Origin: Rhizophagus irregularis
Lineage: Eukaryota
Assembly (NCBI RefSeq): GCF_026210795.1
Contig: NC_089435.1
Location: forward strand, 3,906,001 to 3,970,000
Direction of reading: 5' to 3'
Length of the DNA stretch: 64,000 bases
Below the pieces are notes generated by a model. The model had not been told where the DNA came from, did no database searches, and saw only the letters and a program-made list of their open reading frames with translations. A program made the position numbers and the translations under genes. Shown here in pieces: positions 10,043 through 22,942 of this stretch. Within the stretch, counting starts at the first letter, position 1. The number at the start of each line of letters is the position of its first letter.

Positions 10043-12341
10043 CAGTTGGCTCGCGTTATAACGAATTTGGTGTCCATGCTGATCTGACCTTCGTTATGGA
10101 AAAATTCGGTAACACTATAACGGATTTTTTTGACATCCATATAGCAAAATTCGGAATATTGTATACCGAATTTTTATTAAAAATTCGTTAAATATTTTAA
10201 AGTAAATTTATGTAAATAAATGTAAATTATAATATATTTATATTATTTATTATTAAATGTAATACAATTATTATATTATATATTGTAAACATTAATGAAA
10301 TTAAGAGATATTAATAAAATCATTAAGATTCGTTTGTCTCGCAGAAATAAAATGTTGTTTTAACGCTTCCTTCCTAAGTTTTTTAATGCATCTTATTTCT
10401 TCTTTTTTCATATCAAATTTATCCTCTTGTTGCTCTAAATACAAAATCACCTTATCATAATGTTCAATGGCCTCGCTATGATTAATGGATGGTAAAGGAT
10501 CAGAATTTAGTTCTTCTACCTCTTGTTCATGATTATTGGGAAGAACTACTTTCAAAATTTCTTCATTGGATATCATTTCTGCTGTAAGTTCAGATTCATC
10601 ACATTGAATAAATTCATCAGCAGTTAAAGGATTTTCAAGATTAAGTTTATCAATTAAATCTTGAACTTCTTTCAGCTCATTTGTATGTGTTAGAAGAACT
10701 TGTGTTTCAGCACAGAAATCCATATCAATTTCACTTTCATTATCTTTAGGTAAAATATCTGCTTTTAACCAGCAATTTTCAATAGTAGATTGAGTAACAT
10801 TATTCCATGCGCGTGCGACATATTTGATGCACTTTTTGATATTAATTTCAACAGGGTTAATGCCAAATTCATTATAATTATCAAAGGCTTTAACCCGATT
10901 TCGCAATAATAATTTTCGGTATTGTGCCTGAAATAAAATTAAATTTTTTATAGTTAATAAAAGGATTTGAAATTACTAAAATATAAGGTGTAGATTTGAA
11001 GTTAAAGTATGAATTCAACTACCTTGAAACTGTTAATGATCCCTTGATCACATGGCTGGAGGTGTGAAGTGGTATTTGGAGGAAGGAATTCAATTTTAAT
11101 ATTAGTTAATTTTGTATTTTCATTGAGAGAATGAGTTGGTGCATTATCAACAAGAAGAATGATATTTCAGTTCTGTGCTCTCATTTGAGCATCAAGCCTT
11201 TTAAGATATGCATTCCAGATCGATACTTGCATCCAACTTTTTGAATTCCAATAATAATTTACTGGAAGAGTAGTTTTGTTAATATTTTTTAGAGCCCAGG
11301 GATTTTCATATTTGTGTATGAATAAGGGGCGCAACTTTTCAGTCCCAGTTGCGTTACAAGTAAATAAGACCATTATACGATCCTTAGATTGTTTCGTTCC
11401 AGCCACAAGACCATTAGATATGGTGTGATTAGGTCGCATTTTCCAAAAAAGACCTGTCTCATCACAGTTAAAAATATCATTGGGATCATAATTTTTTAGA
11501 ATTTGGCAAAGATTTTCACGCATTGTGTCAAGTTCTGCAAGTGGTGCACTTGCCGCTTCTCCATGCATATTATATTGTTTAAGATTATGCCGTTTTTTAA
11601 ATTTGTCGATCCATCCATCTGATCCCTTGAATTTTTCTTCATTACACAAAAAAGCAAATTCTAAGGCTTTGATTGAAAGAATATCATCACTGATAATAAG
11701 ACCAGCCTGGAGTGCATTTTCCACCCAAAGAGCTAAAGCCTCTTCAATAACAATAAAAGGGAGTTTTCTTTCTCGTCTCAAACCAGCTTGATATGAATAA
11801 AGATCCACAGCAAGCCAACGGTCTTTTGTCTTTAGAATATCACAAATCATCCCTTCACTAACGTCATACTCTTTGGCTAGGTCTTTGTTTTTTAAGAAAG
11901 GTGAAGATTTTTTTTTTAAGCAAACTTCTTGTTTCTGTGCAGCAGTAAGAGACTTACGTTTTTTAGGGGCAGAAGTTTCCTTAGAAAGTTGTTTCTTGGA
12001 CAGGTTAATAGGCTTAGCTTTCGGCATTTCAAAAAAAAAGAATAGAAAATATGAAAACTAACACGAAATACGAGACGCGAACATCCCTTAAAAAAATACA
12101 TTTTGTGACAAATCTTCGTTATAATTAAAAAAAATTTCGGTATAAAAAAAATTCATTATAATGCGATTCATTTTATATATATAATTTATGCAGTTTTATT
12201 TCGTTATACGTTATACAGCATTTTAATAGTAAAATTCGGTTTAGCGAAATTTTATTCATATGATAAAATCTGTACCACAATGAAAATTCGTTGTATTAAA
12301 TAATTCGTTAAATCGAAATTCGTTGTAACGCGAGCCGACTG
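10043..12341 (-). mobile_element. pogo/Tigger-like DNA transposon
   Basis: TIR CAGTTGGCTCGCGTTATAACGAATTT / AAATTCGTTGTAACGCGAGCCGACTG with TA duplications at 10041-10042 and 12342-12343. Confidence 0.93.
10301..12027 (-). pseudogene. CENP-B/Tigger-type DDE_1 transposase, one intron (11022-10928), one premature stop
   Basis: HTH KRKSLTAAQKQEVC, FKGSDGWIDKFKKRH, FNCDETGLFW, IILLVDNAPTH and FLPPNTTSHLQPCDQGII motifs. TGA at 11167 (likely ex-CGA). Confidence 0.92.
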
Positions 12342-13789
12342 TATTTCTATTTTTATTTAAGGAGTTGAATAAACAGGTTTTTAACTTGATTTTTTACTGG
12401 TTTTTGAAAAATTCAAAATATCAAATTTTCAAATTAAAAAATCATAGGGTGGTCTCAATCAGCTATAAACTAATTTACATAATAAAGGTCTAAACCTTAT
12501 TATCGTCACCCTTATTTTTAAGAGCTATTGTTAAGAAATGTTTCTTATCCTTCTTCGTAGACTTATTACTATCCAAAACTTCATGCTCAGGATATTTTTA
12601 ATATTCAGTTTATGTACTTTCTTCAAGTTAGGAATAGAATGTCAACATCATTTCAACTCCTTACTTATATGTAAGAATACCTGTGGCGTATCTAAGGCCT
12701 TAAGTGTGGTCTCCCAATTCTCAAAATAAGCCACAAGTTTCCTTCTTCCTTTACTTGTTTGAATAATTTAAACAAGCTAGTACCACACTTCGTTAAAAAT
12801 TCAGTTGGTTTATGGTCAACCCACAAGGTAGCCATTGTCATTTCCTCCAGAATGTCATGAATAATGGCTTGGAACTTCTCTCGTTATTTTCTTACTTGAA
12901 GAGTCCAACTTGCAGGAAACCATCTTACAGGTATACCTTTTAGATCTGTTGTCAGCTTGATAGTATTACCCATAGTTTTAACTTTGCTAAAATTTTGGCA
13001 AATCCCAAATATATGGGATATTGTAGATTATAATATTTCAGACAATTTTGTTTATCATTTTGTGACTTTTTGGCTGATGTTTGTGCATCAGGTTTTGTGT
13101 TTATCAGCTGTAATATGCGCTTTTGATTTTTGTTTATCCTTTTAGGAATTTTCAGGTATCACAGTTTGATCAACAAGAGTCATTTCAACATCAGGCACTG
13201 GATTTGGTATTTTTAATCTAATTTATTGATCATCAGATCATCTTCATCAAATTTTTGGTAGAAGTGGACCAAAAAATTATCCCATGACCTGGACGAAATA
13301 TGAAAGAATAGTAGGTTATATATTCATCAGTTGAACTTGTGAGGTGAAGTTCGCAGGGTTGGCGACATTGCCAAACATCTCTATCAATAACTGGATTTTA
13401 TCCACAGCTTTTGACAGGTTTTTATTAAATAAGTTCTTGAGAAAACCATTCTCTATAAAACAACCTAAGTGTTGTGTAATATTTTCAAAGAAAATAACAT
13501 TACGAACTCTACAGCTGGTTCGTGTTGTATTCTTGTTCAAAAATTTATTATGCAGAAATTTTCATAAAAAATGTGTTTAGGAAAGAGTTTTTTTTGTCAT
13601 TTTAAATAATACAAAACTATACATTTCTATTTATATATACCAATTAGTCACAAATCAGTTACCTATCAGTGATCTATTAGCCATTTATCATGCATATATC
13701 CAGTCAACATGTTAAATTCTGATTCTTCGCTGATTTTCATAATATCACAATAATAAATATTCATTCATAATCTTCCTCCTTCGTCCATT

Positions 13790-14690
13790 CAACTTACAGT
13801 TCCTATCCTAAAGAAAAAAAGAAAAGGAACATTAATAACATTTTTAATTTAAAAAACACTTTTTTATTCTACTTACTATCAGTCCTATTCCAAAATCCAG
13901 TAATCAATAGCTGTAAACAAGAGTCCCTAACCCAATTTAAAAAAATCTCTCACCCATTCAACTTACAGTTCATATTATTATCCAAGAAGCTGTATCTCTA
14001 AAGAAGGAAAAAAGTGAAACCTCCTCTTCCCATTTTACTTACTATTAGTCCATTCTGAAGTTCAGTATCCAATAACTGCAAACAAGAGTCTCTAAAGATA
14101 AAAAAAGAAAGGGAACATCAGTAAACATTTCTAATTTAAAAAAAATCTCCCCCACCCCTTCAGCTTACAGTTCATATTATTATTCAAGAAGCTATATCCT
14201 TGAAGAAAAAAAAAGGGGGAATGTTAATAACATTTTCAATTTAAACATTAACATTCTCAATTTTTAAAAAAACTCCCTTCTCACTTCCCATTCTACTACG
14301 TTTCTATGTCAGGTATCCAAGAGGTGAAGTGGTGAACTAGAAGACCTAAAGAGAAAAATAAGGTTAATGCAAAATTGGTATAATTAAACATGAAAGTATT
14401 AAAGCAAGATAAATGAATGCTTTACCTAGGACCAAGAAGATACACCCTCTAAAAAAAAGAAAAGGAATGTTAATAATATTCCAAAGGCAAAAAAAAAGTG
14501 AAAAATCCCACCTCCTAACTTACCTTTTAATTCAAGCCAAATATAGGACCTTAGGAAGGCATCTCTAAAAAAAAAGAAAGAGGAACGTTAATGGTGTTCC
14601 TAAGATGAAAGAACAAAGAAATTTCCACTTACTGTCTAAAATCAAAGCCATTCAAGCCATCTAAATTACATACCAAAGGGAAAATGTTTC
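13790..14690 (-). other. Array of ~8 similar short introns separated by 20-50 nt micro-exons, partly tandem-duplicated
   Basis: Repeated + strand pattern CTAAAG(A)nGAAA.GGAACATTAAT...ACTTAC equals minus-strand GTAAGT...TTAATGTTCC(Y)nTTTAG. Exon pairs are duplicated at 13877-13997 and 14043-14198. Confidence 0.55.
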
Positions 14691-14859
14691 TAAAAAAGAA
14701 AAGAATTATTTTTTTTTTTTATAATCAATGATCAGTTGGTGAGTTATGTGACTGATACTAAAGCTAATAGAAAAGTTTTGATATCAGTCATATGATCTGA
14801 TTTACTGATCATTGATCAATATTTTTTTTTATTTTTTTTATTGTTTAATGCAAATTAGT

Positions 14860-15210
14860 AAAAGGTAAGTTTATTTTATTTTTTTCTTTTATTTAGGAAT
14901 GTTACTAATGTTCCTTTCCATTTCTTTCTTTAAGTAAGAGCTCTTAAACAACCTGCTCTTGGAGATTAAAAAGTAAGTTAATGACTTAAAGGGAAAGTTT
15001 TTTTAATATATTGAAGAAACATACTAATGTTTCTTCTATTTCTTTTTTTTTTCTTTAGATTGCTGGACTATTTAAATGAACTGGATTTGGAATGTAAGTA
15101 ATAAGTAAGTGGGGAATTATTTTAATATTCAAGAAACATACTAGTATTTCTTTCTTTATTTTTTTAAATTCCTGAATGAACCCAGACTTGAAATGTAAGT
15201 AATGGAAAAG
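14860..15210 (+). other. Divergently oriented array of similar introns and micro-exons
   Basis: GTAAGT...TACTAATGTT(Y)n..AG units at ~14865, ~14972 and ~15094, mirroring the minus-strand array. Confidence 0.45.
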
Positions 15211-16645
15211 TAAAAGTCTTTATAGTATTGATATACAGTAAATAATTCACTTATTACAATTGGCTTACATGAAAATGAAGTTTCAATGTTATCATCCTCA
15301 ATTACATACAGAAAAGATAGAAAAATCAAGGCGAAAACAGAAGTAAAATAAAAGAAATATTCAATTGGAATTAATTCAAAGTAAGTACAGTATTTTTATT
15401 TTTATCTAATAAATTTTTTGTAATTATAATATTTCATTGAATTTAACTACCAGTTTTGGAACTGGAACTGATTTTTCAAACTAAAAATGTTAGCTAAAAG
15501 TTTAACCTGTATAAAAATTGAAACTGAACCAGAAATTCAGAGTTTTATTCCCAATATTGAAAAGAGTTATTATGTTTTTTATATGTAGGAAAAGTTATAG
15601 TAATATACTTCAAGTATTACAAATTTAATGATATTTCTTATATTTCATTGTGTGTTTGTTCAAGCTGGTAAATTCAAGTAAAGTTCAAGCATCTCAAAAC
15701 TTCTAAAGTTAGTTCTAAGTAAATCAATTAAAGCAAGTAGTGTAACCCTTACTAGTGGTGGCTTTTTAAACCTCTTAGCAATCTTGAAATCTGAAGAATT
15801 TATAAAATACTTTATAAGATTTTACAAGAACTGGAGTCTACTAGGAAAGTAACAGAGGTTTTAGAGGATCAAGAAAACCACATAATTAATGATCCTATAG
15901 ATATTGCATGACTGAAAAATACTAAGGATCTTCTAGTACTAGAAGGAAAGGTAAAATATAGAACATCATTTATCCAGAAAGGAGTTAGGACTAATAACAT
16001 TTCTGTTACTTTTGGTAAAAAATGTGTGAGGACTGAGGACTTTGTGGTTTTGATAAATATAAGTATTGGAAAATTGGATTAAGCAGAATGTGTCTTAAAA
16101 GGTGTATAACTATGATATCCATGAATTTTGTGAACACTTAACTTTTACTTGTAATGAAAAGAATGTCTTTATTCTAATCCATTTGTAGATATTAAACTCA
16201 ATTTTCTGTAAAAACCCCTATTCAAATTGTATGTAGAACACCTTAATTATTGGATAGATAAGCATGCCAATTTCTTTATTCTAAGCATTATTTTGGGCTA
16301 CCATAATTATAAATTTTACAACTTGTTATTCACTCATCTTTTACTTTATACAGGGTTGCATTTAATAATCCTGGTAAAAATAGTAGGACAGATTTGAATA
16401 GCCTCTCTGCCTTCTATTTCTTTATTTTTCTTTCTGATAGGTAAAGAGTTTGTTTTGTATATATAGGACAGATATAGGAATAGATATGAGAATCAAACCC
16501 CCTTAATGATATTTAAAAAGGCTCTTTGAGCCTTTTGCTAGCTGTCCTACTAGGATACTTCTCAAAGAGAAAAGGTAAATCCTGTAAGAGAGTCAAATTC
16601 TTGAAGTAAATGGCCTTCTATACAGTGATCCATAGTTGGCCAGAT

Positions 16646-16889
16646 TAAGGTTGCTTGCCAAAACCTAGGGGTTTAGGCAAGATGGCATTTCACCAAAAAG
16701 TGAAATTCTGCCGAAACTATATTAAAGTTATATTAAAAAACTGGCGAAACTTTGGAGAAATGCGAAACTGCCGAAACTTATTATAAATGCCGAAACTGCC
16801 AAAACTCTGCCGAAACTATAATAAATCTATAGTAAATTTTTGACGAAACTAATCGTAGGATTTTGAAGAGGTTTAGACAAGCAACCTTA
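16646..16889. mobile_element. hAT-type MITE family F (244 bp)
   Basis: TIR TAAGGTTGCTTG / CAAGCAACCTTA; perfect 8-bp TSD GGCCAGAT at 16638-16645 and 16890-16897; internal GCCGAAACT repeats. Second copy at 35864. Confidence 0.92.
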
Positions 16890-17254
16890 GGCCAGATACT
16901 GAAAATGAGTGGGAAGAATATATGGTAAAGTTATTAAAATTTTTATTTTTATTTTTAATATATATAGGCAGAAACTGGAACAGTAAGCTGTCCTTTTTGC
17001 ATACAAGTATAGACTTGAACTCAGATTTAACATAACCCTTTACTCATCCTTTATCCATATTTTAGTAAAAATGGTTTAATATTTATAATTCCATCTCTAG
17101 CCACCTAAACATAGGGACTTTTGTCAGTTGTAATGGACTACAATGCATATAACCTAGTCCTAACAAAAAAATTTTTAAGTGGCCAAATTTTTATATTATG
17201 TAATACTTAACCCTGTTATTATACATAATTTTAGTCAGATTTACATAGTTAATA

Positions 17255-19106
17255 CCATACAGTTTCGAAATTAAGCAACCCCCGAAAATAAGCAACCCCC
17301 CAATAATAATAACCTCCGAAAATAAGCAACTCACGAATTTCTGTAATAAAAAATTAATAAATGTAATAAAAAATAATCAACATTGCTAAAATTAACTTAA
17401 CAATTCAAAATAAAAGATAATTTTATTATGTATTATAAATGAAAATTATTATAAACTACAGTAGTATTATGGTTATTCATTATTAATTCACTATCACTAT
17501 TCAATGATATCATTATCGGAACTTTCATTGTCAGTAATTTCATCATCAGTTCCATCTAAGGACGTTGAAATCCTACAAGTCTTGAAAGACTCAATAACTA
17601 TTTCATCTGAGATTCTGTCCCAAGCACGTTTGACCCATCCACAAACATCAGATAATCTAGCATGGCGAAAGTTACCTGATACAGTCATTCTGGAGCCACC
17701 TCCTGCCATCCAGATATGCCATTCCTTACGAAGATTGTCTTTAAATGGTTTATTAATGGATACATCAAGTGGTTGACATATGCTAGTTAAACCACCTGGA
17801 ATAACTGCTAGATCAATACCCTATCACAAAATTTGATTTTGACTGATTCTTCAAGATGTCCTCTAAAGGAATCGTATACCATCATTGTAGGAGCATTACT
17901 GATACCTATTTTTCCCAGATTATTATTAACATAATCAACATAATCGTTCATTGGTTCAGAATCCATCCATCCATTTTGTTGAAACCAAACAATGACACCA
18001 GAAGGAATCTGTTCACCATGTGGTAGCCGTTTCCCCTTAAAGATACAAATTGGTGGAAATTTTGTACCATCTATAGTATAAAAAAATAGAGTAAGAAATG
18101 TTAAAAGTAAATGATTGTAAAATGATCTTACCCGCGAAAACTGTCAAAACAACCGTGAAGCAGTTTTTTTCATTGCCAGTTCCGCGAATATGAATTGTTT
18201 TTTCGCCTCTGTTATCAATAGTAAAATTTCCTGTCATGTCAAACCAAACAGGGGTTTCGTCCATATTAAGAATATTGGACATCTCAAATAATTTTTCAGT
18301 TCTCAGACGAGTGACAAATTTTTGAAAGTTTTTCATCAGCTCATTCGTTTGTGATAGTAGCTTTTGTGAAACTTTAGTACGCCGCCGCCAAGATAAATTA
18401 TGTCTTTTCATAAATGCAGATATCCAACGGTTTGATGTTTTAAATTCATTTATTAAATTTCCATAAAGACTTATCATAGTAGGTTTTTTTAAAATGTCTA
18501 ACATCTTAACTCATGCAATTGCATATGTGACACCTAATCCCTGCTTCTTTTGCTCAATAATCCAATCGTATAGTTCCTTTTCAGCTTCTGGGTAAAAGCT
18601 TTTTTGACCAGAATCCACATGTTTGCTGTTTTGGTTTGTTTCATTTGCCCACTTTTCATTTGAATTAACCTAGCGACTAACCATACTCTTATCAAGTTCA
18701 AAATACTTTGATGCTTTAATTATTCCATTTTCTTTAGCATAAGCGACAACTTGTTTCTTTTGCTCAATAGAATATGAGTTGCGATGTCGTTTGACAGTTT
18801 TTTTATTAGCAACTCTTTTACTAACAACTCTATTTTGTCTTCTCTTTTTTTGTAGTGGCATATCGTGTGGAGAGTTTTAGGAAAAACAAGATCACGCGTG
18901 ACTAATTGATCACAATTAATTTATCGATCACAATATTGTATCACGTTATACAGATCATTTGATTATTTTGATTATTTAAATGATAACATTATTAGTTTAT
19001 TACAAAAAAAATGTTCGTTTTCTTTAGAATTTTTATAAAAAAAATATAACCCGAAATTAAGCAACTTTATAATAAAAAAAGGTTGCTTAATTTCGGAACT
19101 GTATGG
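17255..19106 (-). mobile_element. pogo-like DNA transposon (CCATA/CCGTA termini)
   Basis: TIR CCATACAGTTTCGAAATTAAGCAACC / GGTTGCTTAATTTCGGAACTGTATGG, TA TSD, subterminal CCGAAA(A/T)TAAGCAAC repeats. Confidence 0.92.
17497..18861 (-). pseudogene. pogo transposase (Brinker-like DBD, HTH_Tc5, DDE_1), disrupted
   Basis: RNSYSIEQKKQVV..ASKYFELDKSMVSR, FKTSNRWISAFMKRH, NMDETPVWFD, VYDSFRGH and IPGGLTSICQPLDVSINKPFK motifs. Intron ~18131-18072; several stops and frameshifts. Confidence 0.9.
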
Positions 19107-19109
19107 TAA

Positions 19110-21430
19110 TTAAACATTTCATCTTTGAATTGTAGCTATAGTAATATCAAAATTTCAGTTAAAACCATCTTGTTTTTATTAAACCTTCAACTGGTTAATT
19201 GAGTTAGAGTAGTTTTGGTAATTTTCTTTAGCTGATGACATAATAATAATGAGATTGATCTTTTGAAATTACTAGGTATTTTGCTAGAAGAATCTTTAGT
19301 TGAGAGTTGCTTAGATGATTTCTTTAAATTAGAAAACTAAGGTGGTAAGTTAAATAACATTTATTAAAATTTTATGTAGTCTATCTGTCTGTGATCTACT
19401 TATAGAATAACAGCTTGGAACTTTTCTCATTTTTCTTTCACAGAGAATCCAACTTGTGGAAAAAACAAATAAGAATAAAGTAATCTTAATTCAAAGAGTT
19501 TTGTATTGGCTGTTAATATATTTTGCATATTTCAGGTATATAAATTATTATATCATAAACTTGATAATGGTGTAATTAAACAAAAAATTCAGCCAAAGGC
19601 GCAGTAAATTTTTGGCTAACAACGCCTAATCTTGAATATTTTATTGGTTTAACGTCTACTATTTTATATAAATTAAGTAATTTCATATATTAGCATGTAC
19701 TCTACAAGTTTTTTAATACCAATTTTTCATTTTTACAATTATTTTTTTTTCTTCACATATACATGAAGTTTATATTAGAAAACTAACATTTTTTGAGATT
19801 CTTTTAAAAGTATGGACAAGTATATAATTATAACAGCAAAAATACATGTAATTTTGCATGAGAAGAAAGGTCATGGTGTCCTTCTAATATTCCCTAAAAG
19901 GCCTTTGGTAAGCTCATTGTCCTATCTAAATGGTCACTGCTTATATACCATCTAGATGCATTCTTGTCCTGGTGGTTACTGCTATACCATCGGGAATGTA
20001 GTGAAATTTACTGCAAGGTTTCACTGCACTAGATAGTGTGCACAGATGGTAAAATCTCAAGTGCAATGTCTTAGTGGTAGTTTACCTTCAGTATTCGTGA
20101 GCTTACAGATATATTAGGTTCTAAGGTGAAGTTTAATTTCTCAGTGAATTTGACATACTGGTAGTGAACTTTGGGTGTCTAGATAGGTCACTTATAATAA
20201 AGGGGATCCAGTACTCTTAACAGCTTACTGTCCTGGTAGTCACTGCTATTACTACTGGAAGATTTACAACTGTGATGGCTGTTATGGTAATCATAACCTG
20301 TAAGGGGTTTTGAGTGTACTATGGAAGGATTTCTAGATGTTCACTTCATTAATTCTGCTACTACTGGATAATTCAGAAGATTATAACCTGAATTGTTTCT
20401 GCCTAGTGTAATATATAAGGAGTAGGGGGGATAACATTTCGCTCATTACCTAATAAGTGTGGGTCATTAATATTAACAGTCAACGTCAGTTTTGGTACTC
20501 ATACAACCACCTAAGTGGTTAAAGGCCTTTATCATGTTACCATACGTGCCTAGCCATGAAGATGATCCTAAAACATAAAAAAAAAATAATAATAATAATT
20601 TATAATAAAAAGAACTTGTATGATGATTTTATATAAATTATAAAACTTCTAATAGAATTAAGTATATAAAGTTATATTAAAAAGATTAACTACATTTTTT
20701 ACCTGTAGCCATTTTTTCAGTGGAAGTTTTTTTCACTTGAGCGGTTATAGAATACTTTTAATGCTGTTTAAGAACTTTTTAGTAATTCTTTCAAGATTCG
20801 AATGAATCTTTAACTTCTTGTTTTGGTGGAGTTACTTAACTTGAAATGGTTTTTACCAAAAATAAAAACTCTTACTGGATTAACAGTTATATACTAGCAG
20901 TTGGGCTTTAAACTTTGCACTAATGTAAAGTTTTCCCATTAGTTTTTTTATTTTTGGAAATGTTACAAAAGTTACTCCTTGAAGTCCAAGTTAAAGTAGA
21001 GGTGGTTCTTTTAAAAAGTGGGCTTTTTCTTTATTATCAATTGATATTTAAGATGTTAAAGTAATAGACAAAGGTTTAATATTTATTACCTTCTCTACTC
21101 AGTTTTTTCTCTAAAGGTTTTCTGAGATTATGACTTTTCTTTTTGTTTTTTGGTTTTTTTTTTTCTAGAATTTTAGCATTTTTACTTTTGGTTTTCTTTA
21201 GGAGGCTAAAAATACTAAAATGTTGATCATCTGGACTAAAGATTTAGTGTTACTTAATTTTTTTGGATTTATGTAGATCAGTCATTTTAAAGGAACTGAT
21301 AGGATTGATGGATTTTAGTTTTTAATTTTTACTAATTCAAATTAATCAGCAGAGGATTCATCAAAATTAAAAATATTAAATTACTTAAAGTGAAAGTTTT
21401 GGTTGAATCTGGTGTATCTACTTGCTGTAT
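19110..21430 (-). mobile_element. Probable old, diverged relative of the ORF1-only retroposon, fragmented
   Basis: 19390-19460 is the reverse complement of the FPASW.L.E.K..EKFQAVI segment. 20700-21240 gives Lys-rich remnants resembling ..TGY and PDDQ..KKKPKNKK. A possible tail lies at ~16940. Boundaries are unclear, and 19460-20700 is unexplained. Confidence 0.4.
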
Positions 21431-21445
21431 TACCAAGGGGTAAGG

Positions 21446-22067
21446 AGCATAGCGGACATCCCTATTTTATCACAATACTGTTGTCGATCATTTGCCGATC
21501 ATTTATTCAATTATCACATAATATAAATACCGTTGCTAAAAAAATTTACATAATAATATATGCTTAAATTTCACAAATAACTTAAATTTAGTTTTAATTT
21601 ATTGTGTATTAAATTTCATTAGAAACTTTTTAGCTTTTATTATTATTTGGCATATATTTATTCATTTTACGAAATTATTCACTAATTATGTTACTAATAA
21701 AAAACCTGCATTATGAATCAGATCACTGCATTATTTTTTTTATAGATTCTACATAATATAAAGAATATTTGTGCAAATTCTTAAGTTTCGCACTCGCATA
21801 TTCATCTTCGCACTTTAATTTTTGTCTGATGATCGGCAATAATTAGTGAATTATCATAAACAAATAATATATTTATAATATTATTAAAAATTGTGCTAAT
21901 AATTATATAATTAAAATCATATAATAATTTAGTGTTTTTACTTAGATTCCATTATTTTTTTGCCACATTATTTGAAAAATATTTGTGATTTTGCAATAAG
22001 TTTTTAAAATCTGGAATTAGTGATCAGCAAATGATCGGCAAGGTGATATGAGCATATCCGCTATGCT
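21446..22067. mobile_element. MITE family G (622 bp), 9-bp TSD, Mutator-like
   Basis: TIR AGCATAGCGGACAT / ATATCCGCTATGCT plus subterminal TTGCCGATCATTTG. Perfect TSD GGGGTAAGG at 21437-21445 and 22068-22076. Confidence 0.88.
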
Positions 22068-22251
22068 GGGGTAAGGGGGGATCCAACTGAAATGTCACAT
22101 AATATGATTTTAGGTTAACGTAACTGTCCATTTAAGGTTATGCTGATCACATTTATTATTATATCAAAAATTTATATCAAAGTTCAAAATTTTTTATGTT
22201 TAGCATTTTCAAAGAGTTGATGTATTACTGCAAGTGAGAACTATCTATATA

Positions 22252-22942
22252 CAGTAAAAGTTTCGTGCACAGGTCAAAATGTAAAAAATCAGGCATCAAT
22301 CAATTACCAATTGGTCACCGATCAGGTATTTTCGCCAAATACCATTACCAATCACGCAGTTTGCTAACTTTTAATCCAGTGATCAGAAAAAGATGAATCA
22401 ACAAGATGAATCTAATGGTAGTAAAATCACATTTCTAAGATTAATACTTGATGAGAAATTAAGTAAAATATAAAAATAAAAATGTATCATTTATATTTTA
22501 TTTAATTTTTTATTAACTATTATAGCTGATTGCAAAATTATAAGACCACTTTTAATTTGATGTTTATTCAACTCCTTAAATGAAAATAGAAATATATCAT
22601 ATGATTTAATATAAATAAATTACTTTAAAATCTTTATTAATTTTAAGAAGTTAAAGTTATTACCAAAATAGGTATTTAAACTTAAATTCAAAATATCAAA
22701 TTTTCAAATTGAAAATCATAGGGTAGTCTTACAATTTTACAATCAGCTGTAATCTTAAAAATGCGATTTTACTATTTTATTATTTTACTATTTTACTACC
22801 ATTAGATTCGTCTTATTGAGACGATTCCAATGAGCTATATTTCATCCTTTTCTGATCATTGGATCAAAAGTTAGCAAACTGCCTGATTGGTAACTGATTG
22901 ATGGCTGATTTTTCACTTTTCAACCTGTGGTGACTTTTAGTG
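22252..22942. mobile_element. TA-flanked non-autonomous element H with long imperfect TIRs, containing MITE A
   Basis: TA-CAGTAAAAG..CACAGGT..AAAAATCAG.CATCAATCA.TTACCAAT is the inverse of ATTGGTAACTGATTGATGGCTGATTTTT..ACCTGTG..CTTTTAGTG-TA. Confidence 0.75.
22523..22749. mobile_element. MITE family A (internally deleted)
   Basis: TA-TAGCTGATTGCAAAATT...AATTTTACAATCAGCTG-TA. Confidence 0.88.

Larger units (their letters stand above)
9914..12465. mobile_element. MITE family A, interrupted by a pogo-like transposon
   Basis: TA-CAGCTGATTGCAAAATTG at 9912; halves at 9914-10040 and 12344-12465, ending AATCAGCTA-TA. Confidence 0.85.
9679..13590 (-). mobile_element. ORF1-only retroposon, copy 3, split by MITE A and a pogo element
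   Basis: 5' leader at 13590 (reverse of AAACTCTTTCCTAAACAC) and ORF remnants 12470-13540. The 3' end at 9679-9910 is homologous to that of copy 2. TSD TTTTTGTTACTTTAAATAAT (9659-9678) / TTTTTGTCATTTTAAATAAT (13591-13610), 18/20 identical. Confidence 0.85.
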
